In this document: one piece after another, positions 35,638 through 46,589 of the stretch
Numbering within the stretch: position 1 is the stretch's first letter
Layout of the letters: each line of letters starts with the position of its first letter
DNA from: Macrostomum lignano
Lineage: Eukaryota
Direction: 5' to 3'
NCBI GenBank assembly: GCA_002269645.1
Contig: NIVC01000090.1
Span: 347,560-411,559, forward strand
DNA: 64,000 nucleotides
Translations under genes and position numbers: made by a program
The notes under the pieces: generated by a model
Seen by the model: only the letters and a program-made list of their open reading frames with translations
Told to the model about the DNA's origin: nothing
The model's database searches: none

Positions 35638-37335
35638 ATTTCATTTGACTGAGTGCCACTTCAATTGACTGAGTGCCATTTCAATTGACTGAGTGCCATT
35701 TCATTTGACTGAGTGCCATTTCAATTGACTGAGTGCCATTTTATTTGACTGAGTGCCATTTTGTTTGACTGAATGCCACTCAATTTGACTGAGTGCCATT
35801 TCAATTGACTGAGTGCCATTTTATTTGACTGAGTGCCATTTTGTTTGACTGAATGCCACTCAATTTGACTGAGTGCCATTTCAATTTGACTGAGTGCCAT
35901 TTTGTTTGACTGAATGCCATTTCATTTGACTGAGTGCCACTTCAATTGACTGAGTGCCATTTTATTTGACTGAGGGCCATTTCATTTGACTGAGTGCCAT
36001 TTCATTTGACTGAGTGCCACTTCAATTGACTGAGTGTCATTTCATTTGACTGAGTGTCATTTCATTTGACTGAGTGCCATTTTGTTTGACTGAATGCTAT
36101 TTCATTTGACTGAATGCCATTTCATTTGACTGAGTGCCATTTCATTTGACTGAGTGCCATTTCATTTGACTGAGTGCCACTTCAATTGACTGAGTGCCAT
36201 TTTATTTGACTGAGTGCCACTTTGTTTTACTGAGTGCCATTTTATTTGACCGAGTGCCATTTTATTTGACTGAGTGCCATTTTGTTTGACTGAGTGCCAC
36301 TCAATTTGACTGAATGCCATTTTATTTGACTGAGTGCCATTTCATTTGACTGAGTGCCATTTCATTTGACTGAGTGCCATTTCATTTGACTGAATGCCAT
36401 TTCATTTGACTGAGTGCCATTTTGTTTGACTGAGTTCCATTTTATTTGACCGAATGCCATTTTATTTGACTGAATGCCATTTTTTTGACTGAGTGCCACT
36501 CAATTTGACTGAGTGCCATTTCATTTGACTGAGTGCCACTTCAATTGACTGAGTGTCATTTCATTTGACTGAGTGCCATTTCATTTGACTGAGTGCCATT
36601 TCATTTGACTGAGTGCCATTTTGTTTGACTGAGTGCCATTTTATTTGACCGAATGCCATTTTATTTGACTGAATGCCATTTTTTTGACTGAGTGCCACTC
36701 AATTTGACTGAGTGCCATTTCATTTGACTGAGTGCCACTTCAATTGACTGAGTGTCATTTCATTTGACTGAGTGCCATTTCATTTGACTGAATGCCATTT
36801 CATTTGACTGAGTGCCATTTCATTTGACTGAGTGCCACTTCAATTGACTGAGTGTCATTTCATTTGACTGAGTGCCATTTCAATTTGACTGAGTGCCATT
36901 TCAATTTGACTGAGTGCCATTTCATTTGACTGAGTGCCATTTCATTTGACTGAATGCCACTTCAATTGACTGAGTGTCATTTCATTTGACTGAGTGCCAT
37001 TTCATTTGACTGAGTGCCACTTCAATTGACTGAGTGTCATTTCATTTGACTGAGTGCCATTTCAATTTGACTGAGTGCCACTTCATTTGAATGAATGTCA
37101 TTTCAATTTGACTGAGTGCCATTTCATTTGACTGAATGCCATTTCATTTGACTGAGTGCCACTTCATTTGACTGAGTGCCATTTTATTTGATTGGGTGCC
37201 ATTTCAATTTGACTGAGTGCCATTTCAATTGACTGAGTGTCATTTCAATTGACTGAGTGCCACTTTAATTGACTGAGTGCCATTTCATTTGACTGAATGC
37301 CATTTCAATTTGACTGAGTGCCATTTCAATTGACT
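35638..37335. repeat. 20-bp minisatellite (TTCATTTGACTGAGTGCCAT)
   Basis: About 1.7 kb of tandem 19-21 bp variant units. Confidence 0.97.
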
Positions 37336-37750
37336 AAGCGACAGGTAAACACACTAAAATGTTTTTGAATAGCGATGCAGTGCGTATCAATAAGCCGTTT
37401 CAACAGAATTACAGAATCCTACTAGATACATGTACCGAAGTTACCAGTTTACGGTACTCGTATAACTAATGATTTATACGATTGTATACGATCGACTAAA
37501 ATCAATAACTGACACATACGAGTATCTAAATGTAGTCAGAATTTAGGAGCTGCAAACCTAAAGTGTCTGGAGAATTCTGATTGGCCAATGATAGAACGAG
37601 AAACACTCTTTTAAGGTAGAGCGAGAGACCCAATGAAACGGCTTATAGTTAATAACTGTGGCAGAATCAACTGAAAAAAATATATTTAGACAGCGTACAA
37701 TAATGCAGCTTGAGCTTTGCAGAATCTGGCAACAGACGATTTGAGACGAA

Positions 37751-37847
37751 GTAAGAGTAAAATTATACATTTTGTCACCATTCAATGCTGTAGAATTTCC
37801 CAAATAAGTATTATCGACATAAAAAGACCGCAAATCATCATCTTTAG
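37751..37847 (+). other. Probable 5'UTR intron of the peptide-precursor gene
   Basis: GAA|GTAAGA at 37751 and TCTTTAG|G at 37847 give 97 nt, similar to the 92-nt coding intron. The acceptor is 37 nt upstream of the ATG. Confidence 0.45.
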
Positions 37848-37884
37848 GATAGTGAGATCATTATAAATCTTGCCCAAAAGCAAT

Positions 37885-37930
37885 ATGAACTTTGTTTTCG
37901 CCACTTTGTTGCTCATCTCTGCTTTTAGCG
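37885..37930 (+). CDS. Exon 1 of secreted peptide precursor: signal peptide MNFVFATLLLISAFS
   Basis: ATG plus hydrophobic stretch, consensus donor G|GTGAGT at 37931 (phase 1). The 92-nt intron ends in branch-like CTAAC and TCATTTCAG at 38022. Confidence 0.85.
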
Positions 37931-38022
37931 GTGAGTAAAGCAAAAAAGTACATTTGATACTAAATGATTTAGCCACGTTTTTTAATAACACAAATGAGTT
38001 TTACATCACTAACTCATTTCAG

Positions 38023-38549
38023 CACTGGGGCTTGAGTCTGAGGCTCACTATGTCACAGATTCAATGGACGAGTTGGGAATTGTAAGCGAGTCGAAGTGGC
38101 TGTCTGACGGAATCCGTGCCAAGAAGTGGCTGTCTGACGGAATCCGTGCCAAGAAGTGGCTGTCTGACGGAATCCGTGCCAAGAAGTGGCTGTCTGACGG
38201 AATCCGTGCCAAGAAGTGGCTGTCTGACGGAATCCGTGCCAAGAAGTGGCTGTCTGACGGAATCCGTGCCAAGAAGTGGCTGTTGCATGGAATCCGTGCC
38301 AAGAAGTGGCTGTCTGACGGAATCCGTGCCAAGAAGTGGCTGTCGCATGGAATCCGTGCCAAGAAGTGGCTGTCGCATGGAATCCGTTCCAAGAAGTGGC
38401 TGTCGCATGGAATCCGTGCCAAGAAGTGGCTGTCGCATGGAATCCGTGCCAAGAAGTGGCTGTCGCATGGAATCCGTGCCAAGAAGTGGCTGTCGCATGG
38501 AATCCGTGCCAAGAAGTGGCTGTCTGACGGAATCCGTTTCAAAAAGTAA
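38023..38549 (+). CDS. Exon 2 of neuropeptide-like precursor: acidic pro-region plus 15 WLS[D/H]GIR[A/S/F] peptides separated by KK (190-aa precursor)
   Basis: The phase-1 splice puts exon 1 in frame with ALGLESEAHYVTDSMDELGIVSESK followed by (WLSxGIRxKK)15 and TAA right after the last KK. AATAAA at 38705-38710. Confidence 0.85.
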
Positions 38550-39379
38550 CTTCTTTACAACCAGAACATTCTTTATGATGAATTGGAAGAGAAAGTCTAT
38601 TGCCATTTCGAAAATTCCATTAAGTAAGAATCCAGGTATTGATTTAGTTTAAGACTAAGCATAACACGAACTCACGATCTTTTGAAAAGCAGTTTCTGTG
38701 ACGAAATAAACGTGTTACTGACGTCATATACTGCTAAAGTGCTGAAATCTAATGATAATTAACTATTGCTTTATAATCAAATTAAATAAGAGCCAACAAA
38801 ATGCTATGCATTTTTTTGATTAATCTATAACAAAATGGCAAACGTAAGAAAAAGGCGCATATATATTTTATTTTGATCATATAATGTTCAAATTTTGAGT
38901 TTTGTCGGAAAAATTATATAAAAACAACAACCCAGACTAAAAGACAGTTGAAAAGCAACAGAATGAATTCCTAATAAAGAGAGGAAACATCGATAAAAAT
39001 CCCAAAAACTATCTTTTAACAATTAATTAGCATGACAATGAACACATACAAGGAAATATACTTTGCGAAACTAATAGCCATTGGCACTGAACCTTCAATT
39101 CTAACGTCAAATAAAAGTTTTATAGCATTTCAACAAAAACTTTATAATAAGATTAATACTTGAGCTGTAGAAGTCTGAATTGTTTTTTGAATCCGAAAAC
39201 AGAAAAAATCTTTAAGTTAATAAACATGAACAAAGAAATAACTACCAAAGCTTTACAGATAAAGAAGCATACAGATTGCTATGCGTATAGTGATTACACA
39301 GCTTCAAGGATCAAGGACTACTTGTAGTAAGAAGACGCAGCAAAGGAGGCAAAGTATGTATTTATCGATCCGTTCATCT

Positions 39380-39526
39380 ATCTATCCATACGTCTATCTA
39401 TCTATCTATCTATTTATCTATGTATCTATGCATCTATTTATCTCTGTATCTATCTATCTATCTATCTATCTAGCTATCTAACTATCTATCTATTTATCTA
39501 TGTATCTATGCATCTATTTATCTCTG

Positions 39527-39577
<51 letters not shown>

Positions 39578-39578
39578 G

Positions 39579-39665
<87 letters not shown>

Positions 39666-39874
39666 GTATCTATCTATCTATCTAGCTATCTAACTATCTA
39701 TCTATTTATCTATGTATCTATCTATCTATCTATCTATCTAGCTATCTAACTATCTATCTATTTATCTATGTATCTATGCATCTATTTATCTCTGTATCTA
39801 TCTATCTATCTATCTATCTAGCTATCTAACTATCTATCTATTTATCTATGTATCTATGCATCTATTTATCTCTG

Positions 39875-39917
<43 letters not shown>

Positions 39918-39918
39918 G

Positions 39919-39957
<39 letters not shown>

Positions 39958-39958
39958 G

Positions 39959-40001
<43 letters not shown>

Positions 40002-40030
40002 GTATCTATCTATCTACCTTAATCTATCTA
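39380..40030. repeat. (TATC)n compound microsatellite
   Basis: TATC/TATG/TAGC tandem runs. Confidence 0.97.
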
Positions 40031-40144
40031 CCTTAATCTATCTATCAGACCTTCAAACAATTGTCAATCGTTTCTGTGCGTTACGCCCTCTTTAGCTACT
40101 TGTTGCTCTCGGGTAAGATAAATTGCAAGGCAATCGCGTCACAA

Positions 40145-41098
40145 TCAAGCAGCAGACTTCACTGACTGCTGACCCAATGCTGTCGTGGGCAGCTGGGTAG
40201 CCGCCTTAGCAACGATGTCCTCTCGTAGTTTAACCCAAGAGTAAGCGAACACACCTAAGCAGACTAGTAGTATAGCCATGACCTGTTCTAACGATATTGG
40301 ATCGTTAAATATCAGGTAGCCCAAAGTGAGAGCCGAACAGAATTTCAGATGTCCGGCCATATTATAGGTTAGAGCTGACGTATTGCCAATGATCCAATAG
40401 ATGGACAAATTAACAAGGAAGGCGATGCCAGCCGACAGGCCAACCATGCCGACAGCCTGACTGCTCAGAGTCAAACTGACACTCGATGGTGGCTCAAAAT
40501 AAGCAATCGGTGGCAGTAGAAGCAGAGCAGACAAAGGCGCCTGATAGAACAGCAGCTGAGCAGAGTCGCACTGCAAATTAGACTGGAAAGTGCCAACCCA
40601 GATTTGGTAAAGCGACGTCACAAGCACGCCAGCCGCGGCAAATGCCATACCTATTGGGCTAAATTTTAAATCGTAGTGCGAATTCAAAGCAACACCAACA
40701 ACAACCGGTACAAAAGTGAGACGCAGACGCCAGGACGATGGTTTGCCATAAGCTACGGCATTAATAGTCATAATGCAGGGCGTAGTTAAAGTCTTTAACA
40801 CCTGATAGGTGCCCACAGTGTTGAATTGCAGACTAAGATTTGTCAAGGCGACAAAGCCGCAGAAGGTGAGGGACAGAGGCAGCATACGAAGCACCGGGAG
40901 ATTTTTCGGGCGGAAAATGCCAAACAGTCTGCAGATTAGCAGGCCAAGAAAGGTGACAACAAAGTGTATCATTGTTAGAGTCAAATTGGGAAAGCCGTAA
41001 TGCGTATAGACGTATTTGTTAACGCCAACAATGGCTACGGATACCAGGATGTTGAGGCACAGAATCGTGCCTATAAAAAAGTCTGAACGATGAGCCAT
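40145..41098 (-). CDS. SLC35E3: Solute carrier family 35 member E3-like nucleotide-sugar/TPT-family transporter, intronless CDS
   Basis: 317-aa multi-TM ORF with family motifs: SVAIVGVNKYVY, FPNLTLTMIHFVVT, FCGFVALTNLSLQFNTVGTYQVLKTLTTP, QLLFYQAPLSA, VNLSIYWIIGNTSALTYNMAGHLK. Confidence 0.88.
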   Translation of the reverse strand: MAHRSDFFIGTILCLNILVSVAIVGVNKYVYTHYGFPNLTLTMIHFVVTFLGLLICRLFGIFRPKNLPVLRMLPLSLTFCGFVALTNLSLQFNTVGTYQVLKTLTTPCIMTINAVAYGKPSSWRLRLTFVPVVVGVALNSHYDLKFSPIGMAFAAAGVLVTSLYQIWVGTFQSNLQCDSAQLLFYQAPLSALLLLPPIAYFEPPSSVSLTLSSQAVGMVGLSAGIAFLVNLSIYWIIGNTSALTYNMAGHLKFCSALTLGYLIFNDPISLEQVMAILLVCLGVFAYSWVKLREDIVAKAATQLPTTALGQQSVKSAA

Positions 41099-41499
41099 CG
41101 TGTCTTTGATTATTAATTATTCTCTGCTTTCTGCAGGTGACGATTCACGAGGTCATTGTGACGTCATTAAAAGTTGATGGCCTCTGAAATTTTGTCGAAA
41201 ACAGTAAATTTAAATGAAAAAAAATTATAATCGACATTTTCTAGGTCGTACTTGATACTTTTCGATGACCTGAAGCCAGAGAGAAGACAAGCATACTTTC
41301 TACCTAACCGCGTACAACATTATAAACTTAAGCTGTACCTATCTGTATAAAAAGTAAATAAAAGGAGGCTTTAAATAAACACAAAAACATAAATTTCAGT
41401 ATGAAAACCAACTAATAGGACTTTGTTAGATGACAAAATGCTTCACCAAAATTAATTTAGTGGGTGTATTTTTGAACAAAAACTCTAGCATAGAAGAGC

Positions 41500-42075
41500 A
41501 CTGTAATGGCCTATAGATTAGACAGTGTAACATACCCAATGATCTATAGATTATACACTGTAATATACCCAATGATCTATAGATAAGACACTGTAACATA
41601 CCCAATGATCTATAGATTATACACTGTAATATACCCAATGATCTATAGATAAGACACTGTAACATACCCAATGATCTATAGATTATACACTGTAACATAC
41701 CCAATGATCTATAGATTAGACAGTGTAACATACCCAATGATCTATAGATAAGACACTGTAACATACCCAATGATCTATAGATTATACACTGTAATATACC
41801 CAATGATCTATAGATTAGACACTGTAACATACCCAATGATCTATAGATAGGACAGTGTAACATACCCAATGATCTATAGATTATACACTGTAATATACCC
41901 AATGATCTATAGATTAGACACTGTAACATACCCAATGATCTATAGATTATACACTGTAATATACCCAATGATCTATAGATTAGACACTGTAACATACCCA
42001 ATGATCTATAGATAGGACAGTGTAACATACCCAATGATCTATAGATAGGACAGTGTAACATACCCAATGATCTAC
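41500..42075. repeat. 33-bp minisatellite (TACCCAATGATCTATAGATTAGACACTGTAACA)
   Basis: About 17 tandem units between MRPL53 and SLC35E3. Confidence 0.95.
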
Positions 42076-42161
42076 AGATGGGACACCAAACCAGTATCGC
42101 AAACAAGGATAGCAAACGCACAAATGTAAGCAAAAAAGCATCATATCAAGTTGCAAAGAAG

Positions 42162-42578
42162 TCAACTAGAAGCAGGCGAAGCAGCATCGGTCACGTGCAG
42201 ATCAGTCTGGCGTTGAATTAACTCCACCAAATCTGCCAGACTGAAATTGCCTGTCTTAACTACCAGCGACTGGCCGTCGAAATACGAGACGAGAAGCGTC
42301 GGCTCTGACCGATCGCCCCGAATGACAACCTGACAGGGACACTCCAGATTGCTGGCTCGCCATCGCGGCGTGTGCAATACGCTGCACAGTTTTCTTAAAG
42401 AAGCCGACTGCGGATTAAACGGGTCGTATTCGAATCGAAAGCTGGAAATTGGTTTTAAATTGAATTTTCGCAGCTTGTCCCGAGATATCTGTTGGTCATT
42501 CTCCGATAGGCGATTACGAAAATACTTGATAAAAGGCACCGTCTTGTGCGGTCGCAGGGAGCCCCAACGAGTTGCCAT
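42162..42578 (-). CDS. MRPL53: Mitochondrial ribosomal protein L53, intronless CDS
   Basis: 138 aa. LKPISSFRFEYDPFNPQSASLRK...RASNLECPCQVVIRGDRSEPTLLVSYFDGQSLVVK matches the mL53 pattern (LRPVKQVRVQFCPF...STNLNC...RHDGSEP...FGDG). The basic N-terminal extension fits a mitochondrial presequence. Confidence 0.85.
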   Translation of the reverse strand: MATRWGSLRPHKTVPFIKYFRNRLSENDQQISRDKLRKFNLKPISSFRFEYDPFNPQSASLRKLCSVLHTPRWRASNLECPCQVVIRGDRSEPTLLVSYFDGQSLVVKTGNFSLADLVELIQRQTDLHVTDAASPASS

Positions 42579-42879
42579 GCTGACTGTTTAAATTGGATTC
42601 TCTGAAATACAGCAGCGATTCAAAAATTAGTGTTATGGGCTTAGTAACACTAACTTAGTAACACTTATGGGCCGATGGTAGTGAGCATAGAATAGGGAAT
42701 AACTGATAATGGTAAGACCTGCTATTAATAACAACCGAATTAGTTGAACAGAAAGGCAACAGTAGAAAAAGTGAAAATATTTATCAACAATCTTATATAC
42801 GAATTATAATTTTTAGAATTACGCAAAAATCATTTATTGTGGAAAAACGTGATTCAATTAAAAAGTTGCAGTGGCCAAA

Positions 42880-42927
<48 letters not shown>
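42880..42927. repeat. (GACA)n microsatellite
   Basis: Perfect GACA run. Confidence 0.95.
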
Positions 42928-43429
42928 TGTAGAAGGACAGAAAGACTCATTAAGTCTTTTTCGCAAAATAGAAACTCTACAGTAAAAGTTTTGCATAAAA
43001 GGAGGTCAAATTGTATTTACAAACAGTATAAAGAATTAATTTAACAAAGAATCGTGTAAAGTCAATTAAAAAAGATCATCTGACATAACCTGAGATAGGC
43101 GATTTGAAGAGATGAAAATAATTTAATGAATAATTGTTCTTTTTTAATTTCCTCTTAGCAGAACAATTTCAAACTGATTTTATTACACTAAATAATTATT
43201 CTAGAAGCATTTACATCACTTAAAAAGAATTTGCTGTCTTTAAGTTCTTAGCAAATGTGCAAAATTAAAACAAAAAGTTAATACAAATAATTCGCTTTCG
43301 ATATAAAATACTGAAAATTTTACGCGCTTATATCTTATATAATCGGGCTATTGCACAATAACACAAGGCACAAGAAAAGCAATAAACGTTTAATTGGCCA
43401 ATTTTAATAACTTGTGAACAATTGTGCGC

Positions 43430-44110
43430 GATTCCCCCGGTGCTTGATGGAATTCCCCCATTGCTCGATGGAACTCCCCCATTGCTCGATGGAATTCCCT
43501 CGGTGCTTGATGAAATTCCCCCATTGCTTGATGGAATTCCCCCAGTGATTGATGGAATTCCCCCGGTGCTTGATGGAATTTCCCCAGTGATTGATGGAAT
43601 TCCCCCGGTGCTTGATGGAATTCCCCCATTGCTTGATGGAATTCCCCCGGTGCTTGATGGAATTCCCCTAGTGATTGATAGAATTCCCCCGGTGCTTGAT
43701 GGAATTCCCCCGGTGCTTGATGGAATTCCCCCGGTGCTTGATGGAATTCCCCTAGTGATTGATAGAATTCCCCCGGTGCTTGATGGAATTCCCCCGGTGC
43801 TTGATGGAATTCCCCCGGTGCTTGATGGAATTCCCCCGGTGCTTGATGGAATTCCCCCGGTGCTTGATGGAATTCCCCCGGTGCTTGATGGAATTCCCCC
43901 GGTGCTTGATGGAATTCCCCAGTGATTGATGGAATTCCCCGGTGCTTGATGGAATTCCCCCGGTGCTTGATGGAATTCCCCCGGTGCTTGATGGAATTCC
44001 CCCGGTGCTTGATGGAATTCCCCCGGTGCTTGATGGAATTCCCCCAGTGATTAATGGAATCCCCCGGTGCTTGATGGAATTCCCATGGTGCTTGATGGAA
44101 TTTCCTCATT
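43430..44110. repeat. 21-bp minisatellite (CCCCCGGTGCTTGATGGAATT)
   Basis: About 32 tandem units. Confidence 0.95.
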
Positions 44111-44544
44111 GCTTGACAGGAATATATTCAGGAATGATTTCAATTTAAATACAGAAAAATTTGACTTAGAATGAAAATTTAGAAAATGGAAATGTCTATC
44201 AAATTATGAATTTGATGATAAAGATCAATAAACGATATTAAGTAGAAGCACCAGCTTCATTTGGAGTGCAAGTAGGAGCTACTTTGTGCATAATTCAATC
44301 GCAAATCACTTGGCCATTTAAACTAAGTACATTCAGCCACACTTTAAAAGATAGCAATTAAGGCAATTAAGCAGTAAAATATGGAAATGGCATTAAGATG
44401 GCACAATATATTTGCATAAAATTACACTTTACAATTCCATGATACGATACATCAATATACATATGGGCATACATGCATTTGACTTTTTGTGACAAAAAAC
44501 CACGACTAAAACAGGATCCGTAGGGAATATGTGCACTAAAATAC

Positions 44545-45165
44545 ATGACACCATCGATTCTTGACATGATCTCACCAATTTTTTACATGACCTCATCGAT
44601 TTTTAGCATGAACCCATCGATTCTTAGCATGACCCCATCTATTCTTAGCATGACCTAATCGATTCTTAGCATGACCCCATCGATTCTTAGCATGACCCCA
44701 TCTATTCTTAGCATGACCTAATCGATTCTTAGCATGACCCCATCGATTCTTAGCATGACCCTATCGATTTTTAGCATGACCCAATTGACTCTTAGCATGA
44801 CCTACCTCATCGATTCTTAGCGTGACCTCATGGATTCTTAGCATGACCCTATCGATTCTTAGCATGACCTCATCAATTCTTAGCATGACCCCATTGATTC
44901 TTAGAATGACCCCATTGATTCTTAGCATGAACCCATTGATTCTTAGCATGAACCCATTGATTCTTAGCATGAACCCATTGATTCTTTGCATGACCTCATC
45001 GATTCTTTAGCGTGACCTCATCAATTCTTAGCATGACCCCATTGATTCTTAGAATGACCCCATTGATTCTTAGCATGACCCCATTGATTCTTAGCATGAC
45101 CTCATCGATTCTTTAGCGTGACCTCATCAATTCTTAGCATGACCCCATCGATTTTTAGCATGACA
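44545..45165. repeat. About 21-bp minisatellite (CATCGATTCTTAGCATGACCC)
   Basis: Tandem variant units. Confidence 0.93.
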
Positions 45166-45347
45166 TGACCAGATTGACCACGTGCATTCTAAGAAAGCCT
45201 CCCACAATTAATACCTTGCCTTAATTTATTGAGCAACATTGATTAATTTATTGATCAATTGATCAGCAATTTATAATATTTAACTGACATAATCTTATTG
45301 AATCTTATATACTTGTATTTTTAAAATAAGCACCCAGATCAACAATT

Positions 45348-45928
45348 TCAGGTTAAACTGAAACAACCTCGCCATATAGCTAACGGGCTACGTTTGAATC
45401 CGGTCTCCTGGGCGCCAAGGCACAGCACCGAGGCGCCAAACTCGCCGCCGCTGCCATCAACAGCAGCGGGTTCAGCGTCGAGTTCATCATCGTCAGCGCC
45501 GATGGAAGCCGCGGAAGCGCCGCCAACCGTAGAACCGCAGCTCGACGAAACGGACAGAGACGGATTAGCGAACGCCCACGAGACGGGGTCAGCTGCCGAA
45601 GTCGCTGCCGCATCAACTGGTCCTCCGCCCGGCTGCCTAATTGTTGCCAATTCAATTTCCGCTCCGGAACATTGATGACGATTATAATGAGAAGATTCGA
45701 ACTCGCGACCTTCGTTGTTAGACCGACTATTAACTTGTTGAATAGATGGCTTAGTATAGTGCGGAAATAATGACAGCAGACTGTGATGCACCGTGCCTCT
45801 TGGCCGTTGCTGGCGCTGCTGCTGTACAGATCGTACCGGAGTCCAAGTCTCCGAGGTCAGTCGCAATGACCACAGCTGGTCTGTGGTCCGTTGGTCTCGA
45901 GTTTCGCCGCCAAATATTAGCATGTGAC
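45348..45928 (-). CDS. Kelch-repeat protein, terminal exon (GHMLIFGGE...SPLAIWRGCFSLT*)
   Basis: Acceptor TTTTATACCCTGCCAG|GT (AG at 45930-45929), phase 1 completes ...IVQG-HMLIFGG kelch blade. TGA at 45350-45348. Confidence 0.85.
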
Positions 45929-46030
45929 CTGGCAGGGTATAAAAGATTTTGTTTACAACCTGGCGCAACAAAGCATGTCGGGCATGTACACTCTGTGTCT
46001 TGGGGGTTGGTTGCACATTATTATTATATT

Positions 46031-46140
46031 GCTGTTCAGTCCAAGGACTGGGGGGGGGGGGTCGCCACACACACCCTCAATTACCCCAGCTAATGCTGGC
46101 ACCCATTTTACAGCTGGGCGAACTGAAGCACTGCATCTAT
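46031..46140 (-). mobile_element. CORE-type SINE body, truncated copy
   Basis: Closely similar to 51256-51360, including CACCCATTTTACAGCTGGG..AACTGAAGC, which resembles the reverse MIR/CORE domain. Confidence 0.7.
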
Positions 46141-46194
46141 AAATAAATAGAAAACGCTGTTCTTTATAACAGAGCATTCCTCGATATCACCGGA

Positions 46195-46262
46195 GGGGTT
46201 GTAGCCTAGTGGTCAGAGCGTCGGAGTCACGACTTGAAGGTCGGTGGTTCGATTCTCGACCG
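46195..46262 (+). mobile_element. tRNA-derived SINE head (Pol III A and B boxes)
   Basis: TAGCCTAGTGG (A box) and GGTTCGATTCT (B box). No proper anticodon arm or acceptor stem. Confidence 0.65.
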
Positions 46263-46589
46263 AAAGTTGTAAATTATATGTCTGCCACTTTAAAGCAAAT
46301 CCAAACAATTCAATCTATTCTATATCATATTATAACGTATAATTAAATATATTCGGTAAAATATATAGTATTAAATTTAAAAGAAGTCCCATCAGGCTAG
46401 GCACAAAGTGCATTAGAATCATCATGCAGAATCAATAATATAGAAAAGTGCAACAGTGAAGTGTATATTCTTGACTCTCCCAGTTTTTTATTTAATAATT
46501 ATATTACCTATCCGAATCAGAATACAAATCAGATCAGTTTTTCTTATGCAAATTGAATTTCTGCTATTAGCAGAATTTGAAATGATGTG

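Noticed and set aside
37862-37867. TATAAA upstream of the precursor ATG
   Set aside because: Only about 18 nt before the ATG, so a TSS 25-30 nt downstream would fall inside the CDS.
39281-40095. YLSI-repeat ORFs
   Set aside because: Translations of the (TATC)n microsatellite.
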